Shown here: positions 27,444 to 37,148 of the stretch, piece after piece
Layout: each line of letters starts with the position of its first letter
How positions within the stretch are numbered: position 1 is the stretch's first letter
Source: Candidatus Falkowbacteria bacterium HGW-Falkowbacteria-1
GTDB taxonomy: Bacteria > Patescibacteriota > Patescibacteriia > Patescibacteriales > UBA12465
Direction of reading: 5' to 3'
Length of the DNA stretch: 64,000 nt
Assembly: GCA_002840305.1 (NCBI GenBank)
Contig: PHAI01000002.1
Location: 266,707-330,706, forward strand
The notes under the pieces: model-generated
Told to the model about the DNA's origin: nothing
Database searches by the model: none
The model's input: only the letters and a program-made list of their open reading frames with translations
Program-made: the position numbers and the translations under genes

Positions 27444-27471
27444 AAATTTACTATAATTATAGCATAAAAAC

Positions 27472-27999
27472 CTATTTTAACAAAATAAATTTTTTATTTT
27501 TTTCGTTCTCAAGACCTAAAAAATAAAAAGAAAAAATTATGGCTAATAAAATAAAAATTAATTCCTTTAAAAAATTTAAAAATAAAAATCCATTGAACCA
27601 AGCAATGCCTTCTATTTTATCAGCAAACAAATATAAAATTAAATAAAGAAACAAATAATAAAAAAAACTAAAAAAGAATCCAATCGCTGCAAAAGAGTAA
27701 ATCGATCTGTTGGTAAAAAGATTAAGCAACAAGAAATTAACAATAAATATTGTAACCAAAATTACCAAAGAATAAATACCGAAAGGATAAAAAGAAAAAA
27801 TATCAAACAAAAAACCAACAAAAAAACCAATTAACAAACAAAAACGAAAATCATATATAATAAAAACATATATCAAGAAGAATAGAACAATATTAAAACT
27901 GGCGAAAAAATTATCCAAACCATTTATAAAAGATATTTGAAAAACAAAAAAAACCAAAGCCAAAAAAAATAATTTAAATATTTTCCAGAATTTCAACAT
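27472..27999 (-). CDS. mreD: Probable rod shape-determining protein MreD
   Basis: 175-aa polytopic membrane protein immediately after mreC. The call rests on position and topology only. Confidence 0.5.
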   Translation of the reverse strand: MLKFWKIFKLFFLALVFFVFQISFINGLDNFFASFNIVLFFLIYVFIIYDFRFCLLIGFFVGFLFDIFSFYPFGIYSLVILVTIFIVNFLLLNLFTNRSIYSFAAIGFFFSFFYYLFLYLILYLFADKIEGIAWFNGFLFLNFLKELIFILLAIIFSFYFLGLENEKNKKFILLK

Positions 28000-28002
28000 A
28001 TT

Positions 28003-28809
28003 TTAATCAGGCAAAATTATAGCCACTTCATTTAAATTTTTTAAGTCAAAAAAAGGTTCAACCACAATATCCTGCCAAATGTCATTTTCTTTTTTTTCAA
28101 TATTCACAACCTGCCCGACATATAGCCCTTTTGGAATATTTTTTTCTAAACCAGAAGTAAAGACGATATTACCAACCTCAACATCTTCGTTTTGAGCCAC
28201 AAAACTAAGAACTACCGATAAACCCAAATCGCCCTCTGCCAGACCAGAGCTATTACCATTATTATTCAAAGCTACTGCAAATTTGCAAAAACTATTATTA
28301 GATAAACATATCTTGGAATAATTTTGCTCGACTTCGATCACCTTCCCAACCAAAATGCCAAACTCATTCACAACGGCTAAGCCAGGTATTACCCCGTCTG
28401 CCTCACCCTTGTTTATAACTAAATTTTGGTTAGTACTGGAAAAATTTAATAAATTATCCTGCCAAACAATATCGGCCAAAAGATGATTATTGAAATTATT
28501 ATCTTCAAAAAAATTAAAAAAATTTCTTAATTGTTCATTTTCTTTCTTTAAAGAACTAAGCAAGGACAAGTCTGCTTTTTCCTGAGAAAGCGCAGACTCT
28601 AGCTCTTCTATCTTTTCGAGTAAAACTGTTTTGCTTTGATTTTTAGATAAAGTTTCGCCAGACTTCTTTCTAATCCTTGTAGTAAAAAAGTTGAAACCAT
28701 CACCGATAGCTTTGTTTATCGGATTAAGGAAACCAATAAAATTTAAAAAAATAAGCAGCCCAAACACTGCCAAAATTATTTTATATATTTTTTTATCTTG
28801 CTTAATCAT
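28003..28809 (-). CDS. mreC: Rod shape-determining protein MreC
   Basis: N-terminal TM segment, a coiled coil (LKKENEQLRNF) and a beta-rich C-terminus. It lies between mreB and mreD. Confidence 0.75.
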   Translation of the reverse strand: MIKQDKKIYKIILAVFGLLIFLNFIGFLNPINKAIGDGFNFFTTRIRKKSGETLSKNQSKTVLLEKIEELESALSQEKADLSLLSSLKKENEQLRNFFNFFEDNNFNNHLLADIVWQDNLLNFSSTNQNLVINKGEADGVIPGLAVVNEFGILVGKVIEVEQNYSKICLSNNSFCKFAVALNNNGNSSGLAEGDLGLSVVLSFVAQNEDVEVGNIVFTSGLEKNIPKGLYVGQVVNIEKKENDIWQDIVVEPFFDLKNLNEVAIILPD

Positions 28810-28821
28810 AAAAACTAAAAC

Positions 28822-29871
28822 TTATATGATAGAACTAACTTTTTTCAATAATTCGTCATTTGAAAAAAGCATTCCAGCTCCTCTAACCATGGCCGTCAAA
28901 GGATCTTCGACCACGACAACTGGTATTTTTGTGGCTTTGGCGATGAGTCTGTCTAGACCATAAAGCAGTGCGCCTCCACCACTCAAGTAAAGTCCATGCT
29001 CATAAATATCAGAAACTAATTCTGGCGGTGTTTCTTCTAATGTTAACTTAATATTATCTACTATCTTTATAATAGTTTTTTTGATTGCTTCTCTTACCTG
29101 AGAATCTGAAATAATTAAAGCAGTCGGCAAACCAGTGGCTAAATCGCGACCTCTTATTTCCATTTCCCTTTCCTCTTCGAAAGGCAAAACAGAGGCTAAA
29201 TTTATTTTTATTTTTTCTGCCAATTGTTCGCCAATCAAGATATTAAAATTATCCCTAATATAATCGGTAATATTGTTGTCTAGCTCGTTCCCAGCAAAGC
29301 GAAGCGACTTCCAAGAAACAACGCCCGCCAAAGAAATTACAGAGATATCAGTCGTCCCTCCCCCAATATCAACAATCATATTAGCTCTGGGGCTGTCGAC
29401 TGGAAGACCAGCCCCCAAGGCGGAAGCCATAACTTCTTCAACTAGATAAACTTTTCTAGCTCCGGCTGATTTAGCAGCATCTTCCACGGCCTTCTTTTCC
29501 ACCTCAGTAATATCTAAAGGTATCCCAATAATAACTCTAGGGCGAGGCATAAAAGAAAAATTTTCACTATGAACCTTGTTGATAAAATGCTTTAACATTT
29601 TCTCAGTTATTTCAAAATCGGATATAACTCCATCAACTAAAGGTTTGATAACCTGAATATGCGCAGGTGTTTTTCCGAGCATCTTTTTAGCTTCATGCCC
29701 AATCTCTAAAATCTCAGTTGTTTTATTATTTATAGCAACAACACTAGGCTCATTTATAATCAAACCTTTATTATTTACAAAAACTAAGGTATTTTTTGTC
29801 CCTAAATCAATAGCAATGTCATATCCCAAGCGACCAAAACCTCTAAAATTTCTAAATATTTTATTTAACAT
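28822..29871 (-). CDS. mreB: Rod shape-determining protein MreB (operon copy)
   Basis: IAIDLGTKNT, NEPSVVAI, VDIGGGTTD and YLSGGGALL. Confidence 0.85.
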   Translation of the reverse strand: MLNKIFRNFRGFGRLGYDIAIDLGTKNTLVFVNNKGLIINEPSVVAINNKTTEILEIGHEAKKMLGKTPAHIQVIKPLVDGVISDFEITEKMLKHFINKVHSENFSFMPRPRVIIGIPLDITEVEKKAVEDAAKSAGARKVYLVEEVMASALGAGLPVDSPRANMIVDIGGGTTDISVISLAGVVSWKSLRFAGNELDNNITDYIRDNFNILIGEQLAEKIKINLASVLPFEEEREMEIRGRDLATGLPTALIISDSQVREAIKKTIIKIVDNIKLTLEETPPELVSDIYEHGLYLSGGGALLYGLDRLIAKATKIPVVVVEDPLTAMVRGAGMLFSNDELLKKVSSII

Positions 29872-31102
29872 ATGATTTTAAGAAATTTAATAAATCGTTT
29901 TTATCAACCATGACTGGTTCTTTTTCTGATCTTTTTTTAATCTCAATTTGATTTAAATTAATATTTTTTTGACTAACAATCAAACGATAAGGACAACCAA
30001 TCAAATCGGCATCATTTAGTTTTTCTCCCAAACTGGAATCTTCGCGATCATCATATAAAACTTCAAAACCAGCAGAAACTAGTTCTTTATAAATCTTTTC
30101 GGCCTCCTCATTTTGCTTAAAGGATACTAAATGGATACTAAAAGGAGCGACAGATTTAGGCCAAATCATACCTTTTTCGTCATTATAAATCTCAACAATT
30201 GTGCCTAAAATTCTACTAGGACCAATACCGTAACAACCCATAATAACATCCTGGGTCTTACCGTCTTTATCCGAATAATTAAAGTTAAACGGTTTAGAAA
30301 ATTTAGTTCCCAACTTGAAAATGTTGCCAACTTCAACTGCTTTTTTTTCCTCCAAATCACTTGAGCCACATTCAGGACAATTTGTTTGCTCTTCTATTAT
30401 TTCTTTATTAATAGCTACTTTACATTTTTTACAGACATAAATCAAATCTTCACCAGCATTAGTCACGGTTTGAAATTCGTGAGAATATTTAGAAAAAGCT
30501 CCTCCAGAGGCATAAGTAATATGAGTAATATCACCCAAACCAAGCCTAGAATATATTTTAAAATAAGCTTCTTTTACTTTTTCATAATAAGAGTCTAAAT
30601 CTTCTTGAGAAACATGAAAAGAATATAGGTCTTTCATCAAAAATTCTCTACCCCTGATAAGTCCAGCTTTAGCTCTTTTTTCATTTCTAAATTTAGTTTG
30701 AATTTGATAAACAGCAAAAGGTAAATTTTTATAAGAAGTACAAAATCTCTGAGCTAGCGGTGTAACAATTTCTTCATGAGTCGCTCCCAATGCATACTCC
30801 TTTTCATCTGAACCAGTTAATTTAAATAAAGCGTCAAAGTTTGCCCAACGATCAGTAGTCTCCCAAACACTCTTGGGAGTAAGAGCCGGCATTAAAACTT
30901 CCTGTCCGCCAACAGCGTTTATTTCCTCTCTGATAATATTATTTATTTTGTTTAAAACCCTAAGGCCTAATGGTAAAAAAGTATAAATTCCAGCACCGAC
31001 TTTATCAATAAAACCAGCCCTAATTAAGGTCTGAGCATTAAAAGAAGTCTCGTCCTTAGGGGTGGTTTTACTTGTTTTTGTAAATAATATGGATTGTTTC
31101 AT
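29861..31102 (-). CDS. proS: Prolyl-tRNA synthetase, lacking the INS editing domain
   Basis: TPKDETSFNAQTLIRAGF, GREFLMKDLYSFH (motif 2), GCYGIGPSR (motif 3) and an anticodon-binding C-terminus. I chose the start at MKQSILF. Confidence 0.85.
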   Translation of the reverse strand: MKQSILFTKTSKTTPKDETSFNAQTLIRAGFIDKVGAGIYTFLPLGLRVLNKINNIIREEINAVGGQEVLMPALTPKSVWETTDRWANFDALFKLTGSDEKEYALGATHEEIVTPLAQRFCTSYKNLPFAVYQIQTKFRNEKRAKAGLIRGREFLMKDLYSFHVSQEDLDSYYEKVKEAYFKIYSRLGLGDITHITYASGGAFSKYSHEFQTVTNAGEDLIYVCKKCKVAINKEIIEEQTNCPECGSSDLEEKKAVEVGNIFKLGTKFSKPFNFNYSDKDGKTQDVIMGCYGIGPSRILGTIVEIYNDEKGMIWPKSVAPFSIHLVSFKQNEEAEKIYKELVSAGFEVLYDDREDSSLGEKLNDADLIGCPYRLIVSQKNINLNQIEIKKRSEKEPVMVDKNDLLNFLKSYVK

Positions 31103-31180
31103 AAATACATCAAAAAACCCAAACAATTCAAAGAATTATGGGTATTATAATAATATACAAAAAATAAGCTTTTGTAAATA

Positions 31181-31759
31181 CTAAGATTTCGACATTTTTT
31201 TAAGTGCTTCTTTGATTCTTGCACCAACATCAGATATTCTAGAATCGACTTGATTCAAAGCATCTCTGGCCTCAGAAATTGAATAACCAAGACTAATTAG
31301 AGCATTGATTTCATCACCACCAAACGACTTGTCAACTGACAAATCATAATCACCCATATTCTTAAGCAATTTATCTTTTAATTCCAAAACCAACCTCTCG
31401 GCCGTTTTTTTACCTATTCCGGATACCTTTACTAATAAAGCCGAATCTCCCCTAACAATTGATTCTTTAATATCGGAAATACTGGCTATAGACAAAACAT
31501 TCATGGCGGATTTCGGACCAACTCCAGAAACCGATAAAAGCATTTCAAAAAGATCTAATTCTTCTATTGATTTAAACCCATACAAATCGGAAGAGTCCTC
31601 TTTGACACTATGATAAGTATAAACCTCAATGTCAGTATTCTTCTTTGAATCATCATAAAAACTATCACCCACATAAACTTTGTAACCGATATTATTTACC
31701 AGCAAAATAACACTGCCTGATAATTTATTTAAAATTTTTCCCTTTAAAAAACTAATCAT
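31181..31759 (-). CDS. ruvA: Holliday junction branch-migration protein RuvA
   Basis: MISFLKGKI, GYKVYV, and HhH motifs GVGPKSA and GIGKKTAERL. Confidence 0.85.
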   Translation of the reverse strand: MISFLKGKILNKLSGSVILLVNNIGYKVYVGDSFYDDSKKNTDIEVYTYHSVKEDSSDLYGFKSIEELDLFEMLLSVSGVGPKSAMNVLSIASISDIKESIVRGDSALLVKVSGIGKKTAERLVLELKDKLLKNMGDYDLSVDKSFGGDEINALISLGYSISEARDALNQVDSRISDVGARIKEALKKMSKS

Positions 31760-31764
31760 AATTT

Positions 31765-33000
31765 TTATTTTATTTTTCTTCTTAAAACCGCTAGCTCCGG
31801 TATATTAAATTTACTTTTTACTTCCAAAACAATTTCCTGACCACCACCTCCGCCATGAGCTTCTAGAATTTCATTGCCTGATTTAAAATCAATTATTTTT
31901 TTAACATTAAATTTTATAATACTGTATTCTGGCAAAACTATTTCCACTAAATCGCCAACTTTAATAGTATTGTGCACTTTTATTTTTAAAATATTCGGAT
32001 TTCCGTTCTTCTTAACTGAGATAACTTGTCCACAAAATTCCCAATCAGAAATAAAATGAGAATCTGAGGTGTTTTGTTCGGCTTTATCTTCCAATAAAAA
32101 ACCATTAGTATAGCCCCTGTGAGTTACCTTGTTTAATAATTCTTTATATAAAAAATCTGCTTTTTTGGGATCGTTAATAGCCTTTTTATACATGGCAACG
32201 ATATTGGCCAGATAATAAATGCTCTTGGCTCTGCCTTCTATTTTTAAACTACTTACCCCAGCTTTTATTAAATCACCGACATGTCTAATTAAGCACAAAT
32301 CTTTGGAATTTAATAAATAAGTGCCATGTTCTTCTTCCACCAATTCTAATATATCTTCATGCCCCTTGGCCTTAATAAAAACATCATACTCCCAACGACA
32401 AGGCTGAACACAATCACCTAAATTGGCGCTACGACCCACAAAGTCTTTGGACAAAAAGCAACGTCCGGAATAAGACATGCACATCGCCCCATGAACAAAA
32501 TACTCTAACTCCATCTTCGGACAATGCTTATTAATTTCTTTGATTTCTTTTAGTGTCACTTCTCTGCCTAAGATTATTCTTTTTACTCCTTGTTTCTGCC
32601 AAAATTTAACCGCTTCATAATTAGTGCAATTAGCCTGGGTTGATAAATGAATATCAATTTTTGGACAAAGTCTTTTAATTAAAGAAATTAATCCTGGATC
32701 AGAAACGATTAAGGCGTCTGGTTTAATATTATTCAATTCCTTTAAATAAGGTTTAATCTTTTCTAAATGCTTATTGTGAGCAAAAATATTAACCGTAACA
32801 TAGACTCTTTTTTTATGTTCATGAGTCATCTTTATGGCCTCTTTTAAAGTCTTCAGATTAAAATCGTTAATTCTAACTCTCAAAGAAAAATCTGGAATAC
32901 CCAAATAAACAGCATCAGCGCCATAGGCAATTGCCGTTTTCATCTTTAAAATATTACCAGCCGGAGCTAATAATTCAATTTTTTTTCTATTTTTTACCAT
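31765..33000 (-). CDS. Peptidase U32 family protein
   Basis: ELLAPAGN, E..VHGAMCMSYSGRC and GRSANLGDCVQPCR, which are U32 signatures. Confidence 0.85.
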   Translation of the reverse strand: MVKNRKKIELLAPAGNILKMKTAIAYGADAVYLGIPDFSLRVRINDFNLKTLKEAIKMTHEHKKRVYVTVNIFAHNKHLEKIKPYLKELNNIKPDALIVSDPGLISLIKRLCPKIDIHLSTQANCTNYEAVKFWQKQGVKRIILGREVTLKEIKEINKHCPKMELEYFVHGAMCMSYSGRCFLSKDFVGRSANLGDCVQPCRWEYDVFIKAKGHEDILELVEEEHGTYLLNSKDLCLIRHVGDLIKAGVSSLKIEGRAKSIYYLANIVAMYKKAINDPKKADFLYKELLNKVTHRGYTNGFLLEDKAEQNTSDSHFISDWEFCGQVISVKKNGNPNILKIKVHNTIKVGDLVEIVLPEYSIIKFNVKKIIDFKSGNEILEAHGGGGGQEIVLEVKSKFNIPELAVLRRKIK

Positions 33001-33103
33001 ATTATACTAATAATATAACACATCTTTTTTGTTTTGTCATTCCCATTTCTACTATATAATTTGCTAAAAAACAAAAACTATTTTATAATACTTAAAAAAT
33101 AAT

Positions 33104-33373
33104 ATGATTGAAGAAAAAAAAGAGAATATAAGAAAAGAAAAAGAATCCAGAGAAATATGGTTATCAGTATCAGAATCAGCCAAAATGGCTGGAGTCGAAA
33201 GTAAGACCATCAGAAGGGCTATAAAAAATAGAAAAATAAAATATAAAGTAAACGGCAATCGATACGCCATCAAAATGGTATCTCTGATAAACTTTGCCAA
33301 AAGTTCTCCAAAATTAAGAAACAAATTTTATAGTTGTGGAATTGGACAATATACAGAAAATCTAAAACTATAA
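33104..33373 (+). CDS. Small helix-turn-helix DNA-binding protein (putative)
   Basis: WLSVSESAKMAGVESKTIRRAIKNRKI is HTH-like. I preferred it over the overlapping antisense 86-aa hydrophobic ORF. Confidence 0.4.
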   Translation: MIEEKKENIRKEKESREIWLSVSESAKMAGVESKTIRRAIKNRKIKYKVNGNRYAIKMVSLINFAKSSPKLRNKFYSCGIGQYTENLKL

Positions 33374-33409
33374 ATAAAAAATTCAATTTAAAGACAGTTC
33401 TCTCGGAAA

Positions 33410-33447
33410 TAAAAAAAAAGAACGAACCAGCAGGCTCGTTCTTTTTT
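33410..33447. terminator. Bidirectional terminator
   Basis: Stem aagaacga / tcgttctt (33418-33425 / 33436-33443), with an A-run before it and a T-run after it. Confidence 0.55.
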
Positions 33448-33461
33448 AATTCTTTCCTCTA

Positions 33462-33734
33462 TTATATAATAGCGTCTTTAGCAGCTTTTGATACTCTAAA
33501 TTTCACAACTTTCTTAGCTGGAATTTGAATCTGCTCACCTGTGGCAGGATTTCTGCCCATTCTAGCCTTACGATCAATCTTAACTAGTTTACCGAATCCA
33601 GGTAAAACAAATTGACCATCCTTTTTGACTGTTTTATAAGCCAAATCTGTTAACTTGTCCATGAAGCTAACAACATCCTTTTTACTTAAGCCTGTTTGTT
33701 CGGCTAAAGTAGTCATCAATTGAGCCTTTGTCAT
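33462..33734 (-). CDS. hup: HU family DNA-binding protein
   Basis: MTKAQLMTTLAEQTGLSKKD..GFGKLVKIDRKARMGRNPATGEQIQIPAKKVVKFRVSKA. Confidence 0.9.
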   Translation of the reverse strand: MTKAQLMTTLAEQTGLSKKDVVSFMDKLTDLAYKTVKKDGQFVLPGFGKLVKIDRKARMGRNPATGEQIQIPAKKVVKFRVSKAAKDAII

Positions 33735-33953
33735 AATTTTTAATTGGTTTTAAATAATTGAATTAATTAAAATCAATTGTTAAAAATTAATTATATTCTA
33801 ATAACTAATTGGAAAGAATTAATTATTATGCTTATATTATAGCATTTTTAAAAAATAAGGCAACATTAAGTCAATCTATTGATTTTTTAATTTATTTATT
33901 GTAAAATATCTAGAACAAAAACAAATGGAACTTTAAAAAGAAAGGAGCAGAAA

Positions 33954-34604
33954 ATGATAGCAAACAAAGAAATAAAAGGTGGTTTTAAAGGGGATAGATT
34001 TGTTGGTATCTTACCCAAAATAATCCCAGAATCAATATCAAAAAAATTTTGGAAAGTCAGCGATTTAAAAAAGAAAAGCGAGGTGCATTTCCTTCCTAGC
34101 GATTTATCCGGAGAAAGTGATGATATCTTTGTGGTTTGGTTAAATGGACTATCCATAGCTGAACAAATAGAGAAAACGGGAGGAACTATAAATGTCTACA
34201 GTGACGAACCAGAAAAAAAAGATTTTGGTTATAGAGCCAATAGATTTTGGCTTCAAGAAAAAAAAATAATAAGCGAAATAACACACAAAAAAAGTCTGGC
34301 CGGTTATTACTTAGTTAAAATTGGAAGTTCCGACACAAAAGACAACGGCTGGGAGGAACAAAATCGCCTCATTTCCGACAACTCATGGAGAAGAGCCGAA
34401 GCTAATGAAACTGGAGAAATATTACAAACCATATTTTCGATAACCGAACTTCGGTATTTTGAAAAAAAAATGCATATTTCTAAAAAAATAGGTGGAAAAA
34501 TTTTAGCTATCGGTAATTTTCAAAAAAATCGTGGCCTGGAGGTATGGTTTGGAAGCAAATATGCTTTCGAGCACGACACCGACATAATACTAATAAAAGT
34601 ATAA
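33954..34604 (+). CDS. Hypothetical protein
   Basis: 216-aa ORF. No motif was recognised. Confidence 0.45.
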   Translation: MIANKEIKGGFKGDRFVGILPKIIPESISKKFWKVSDLKKKSEVHFLPSDLSGESDDIFVVWLNGLSIAEQIEKTGGTINVYSDEPEKKDFGYRANRFWLQEKKIISEITHKKSLAGYYLVKIGSSDTKDNGWEEQNRLISDNSWRRAEANETGEILQTIFSITELRYFEKKMHISKKIGGKILAIGNFQKNRGLEVWFGSKYAFEHDTDIILIKV

Positions 34605-34637
34605 AAAAACACAACAAAAAGAGCAACTGCTCTTTTT

Positions 34638-35690
34638 TTATTGCTCTAATTCACTTTTATACTCTAATTCATAAATATGGAAAATAGTCGTTACCAAGGC
34701 AACAATAAGTGGTCCAATAACTACCCCCCAAAAACCAAAAATTATAACCCCGCCCATTATAGAAAATATTATAAAAATAGGATTCACTTCTGATCGACCT
34801 TTTATAATATAAGCCCTAATTAATTCATCAATGTTGCTCACAACCAACCAACACCAAGCAACAACAAAAACCCCTTGCCAAGGATCTCCCGACAAAACCA
34901 AATAAATAGCCACCGGAATATAAAAAATGGAAGAACCAATATATGGAATTAGAGACAAAAAGGCCATCACAACAAAAACAAATATAAAAGGCCACCCTAT
35001 AATCAAAAATCCAAGAGCCCCAATCAACCCCTGCGCCAAGGCTGTCACAAAGATAGAAATCAGCGTTACGCGCGAAACTTGTTTAAACTTTTTAATTAAT
35101 TCTAAATCATATTTATTCGGAAGTGGCGACCACAAAATCATTTTTTTCATCATTCTGTCACCATCAACAAAAAAGAAAAACATGGTTAAGAGTATTATCA
35201 CTAAAGAAAAAACAAAATTAGTAGTACCTTTTATAAAAACGGTGGCGCCATTCACTAGTAAATCACTGACATTTTTAGTCATATCAATGATTGTTTTCTT
35301 TATCTCCTCACTCCCCACCCCTGAAAGATTGAATCTGTCAAAAACCTGGTTCTGCAAAACGTCAGTTTTAGACAATATTTCGCTGACAGTATTAAACGCT
35401 ACTGGTGCTTTTTTGCCAGTATAAACAATTAAATTTATCACTGGAACTATTACCAAAAGCAACAACAAAAAACACATCAAAAATGAAGCTAGGTATTTTC
35501 TGTTAAAAAGAATACTCTTTAATTTATCATAAGGTCTATAAAAAACAGAAGATAAAACAGCTGCTATTATTATCTCAACCAAAAAAGGTCTAAATAATAT
35601 AAAAACCAAAAATAATGCTAAAAAAATTAAAAAAAACAAAAAAGCTTTATAATTTATTCTATCGCGCTTAGAATTCATAAACTTCTCCAT
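34638..35690 (-). CDS. AI-2E family transporter (PerM/UPF0118)
   Basis: Polytopic membrane protein of about 350 aa. The region LIGALGFLIIGWPFIFVFVVMAFLSLIPYIGS is typical of the family. Confidence 0.75.
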   Translation of the reverse strand: MEKFMNSKRDRINYKAFLFFLIFLALFLVFILFRPFLVEIIIAAVLSSVFYRPYDKLKSILFNRKYLASFLMCFLLLLLVIVPVINLIVYTGKKAPVAFNTVSEILSKTDVLQNQVFDRFNLSGVGSEEIKKTIIDMTKNVSDLLVNGATVFIKGTTNFVFSLVIILLTMFFFFVDGDRMMKKMILWSPLPNKYDLELIKKFKQVSRVTLISIFVTALAQGLIGALGFLIIGWPFIFVFVVMAFLSLIPYIGSSIFYIPVAIYLVLSGDPWQGVFVVAWCWLVVSNIDELIRAYIIKGRSEVNPIFIIFSIMGGVIIFGFWGVVIGPLIVALVTTIFHIYELEYKSELEQ

Positions 35691-37032
35691 ATTCTGGTAT
35701 GATAAAATTTGTCTTAATTTTTTTGGAAGCCTCTGTCTTAAGTTTTATATTCGCCTCTTCTTCTCCGTGAACCACAAAAATATACTGTGGTTTAGGACTC
35801 TTTATTTTTTTAAGCCACGACAAAAGAGCATCGTGATCAGCATGTGCAGAATAAGAATTAACTATGGACACTTTGGCTCTAACTGGAATGTTGACATTAT
35901 CAACAACAACAGTTTTGTGACCCGTTAGTAATTTCCTGCCCACAGAACCCTGGACCTGATAAGCGACCAACAAAACATGACTATTTGGATCATCTAAATT
36001 GAATTTTAAATGATACTGAATTCTTCCACCAACACACATTCCCCCGCCAGCTAAAATAATTTTTGGTGGTCTTAAATCATTTATAACTCTTGACTGTTGA
36101 GATGTTAAAGTAAATTCCAAACCTGGAAAATCAAACAAATCATCTCCGGAAACAATTAATTTTGTTGAATCTTTGTCATACAAATATTCATAATTTTTAT
36201 ATATTTCCGTAGCCTTAATAGCCAAGGGACTGTCTAAAAAAATAGGAACGTATGGAATTTTCTTATTCTCCACTAAATCGTTCAACTCATAGAGTATTTC
36301 TTGCACTTTTTCTAAAGCAAAAATAGGTATCATTAAGACCCCCTTCTTCTCTACACATTCAATGATGGCCTGTCTTATTTTCTTTATCCCCTCTTCCCTC
36401 GGCTCATGATTATAACCAGCATAAGTCGATTCTACAAAAACTAAATCAGCCCCATCAGCAAACTCTAAATCTTTTATAATTCTAGCCGGGGAATTACCAA
36501 GGTCACCAGAAAAAACAATCTTCTTCTCCGTTTTGCCTTCCTTTACCCAGATTTCGTAGAAACTAGACCCCAAAATATGACCAGAATTTTTAAGCCTAAC
36601 TCTTATATCGCTAGCCAACCTGAATTCTTCGTGATAAGGCAACTCTTTAAATAGTCTAGAAACAAGCATTACATCATCTTCAGAATAAAAAGGATTTACT
36701 CCGTGACTTAACGCTTCGGAAGAAATAATTTTCGCCGAATCAGCCAGCATTAACATAGTCAAATCCCTGGTAGCAGCTGTGCAATAAATTTTCCCTCTAA
36801 AACCATCCTTGTAAAGCTTTGGGATTCTTCCACAATGGTCAATATGAGCGTGAGACAAAAGAACAAAATCGATTTTACTTGCATCAAAAGCAAAATCATC
36901 AAAGTTTCTGCTAGAAACGAAACTTTCTCCTTGAAACATTCCGCAATCAAGCAAGAATTTTGTTTTTTCTGTTTCTATGAGAATACACGAACCAGTAACC
37001 TCTCGGCAAGCGCCGTGAAAAGATATTTTCAT
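35668..37032 (-). CDS. MBL-fold beta-CASP RNA-metabolising hydrolase
   Basis: LLSHAHIDHCG (HxHxDH) and a beta-CASP-like C-terminal half ending in SAHADHDAL and VHGE. Confidence 0.8.
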   Translation of the reverse strand: MKISFHGACREVTGSCILIETEKTKFLLDCGMFQGESFVSSRNFDDFAFDASKIDFVLLSHAHIDHCGRIPKLYKDGFRGKIYCTAATRDLTMLMLADSAKIISSEALSHGVNPFYSEDDVMLVSRLFKELPYHEEFRLASDIRVRLKNSGHILGSSFYEIWVKEGKTEKKIVFSGDLGNSPARIIKDLEFADGADLVFVESTYAGYNHEPREEGIKKIRQAIIECVEKKGVLMIPIFALEKVQEILYELNDLVENKKIPYVPIFLDSPLAIKATEIYKNYEYLYDKDSTKLIVSGDDLFDFPGLEFTLTSQQSRVINDLRPPKIILAGGGMCVGGRIQYHLKFNLDDPNSHVLLVAYQVQGSVGRKLLTGHKTVVVDNVNIPVRAKVSIVNSYSAHADHDALLSWLKKIKSPKPQYIFVVHGEEEANIKLKTEASKKIKTNFIIPEYGEVYEF

Positions 37033-37105
37033 AAAGAAATAAGTAAATTATTCTATAAATAATATAACATAAATATCAATAAAAAACTAACCAAACAAAA
37101 AAATT

Positions 37106-37138
37106 TCAAAAAAAGAAGATGTTTTTATTATCTTCTTT
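37106..37138 (-). terminator. Terminator after the dCMP deaminase gene
   Basis: Stem aaagaagat / atcttcttt (37112-37120 / 37130-37138), with a T-run on the minus strand. Confidence 0.55.
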
Positions 37139-37148
37139 CCGAATATAT

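Noticed and set aside
33064-33324. 86-aa hydrophobic minus-strand ORF overlapping the small HTH ORF
   Set aside because: It overlaps the plus-strand ORF, and only one of the two can reasonably be real. The plus-strand product has an HTH-like segment and a downstream terminator. Confidence in either is low.
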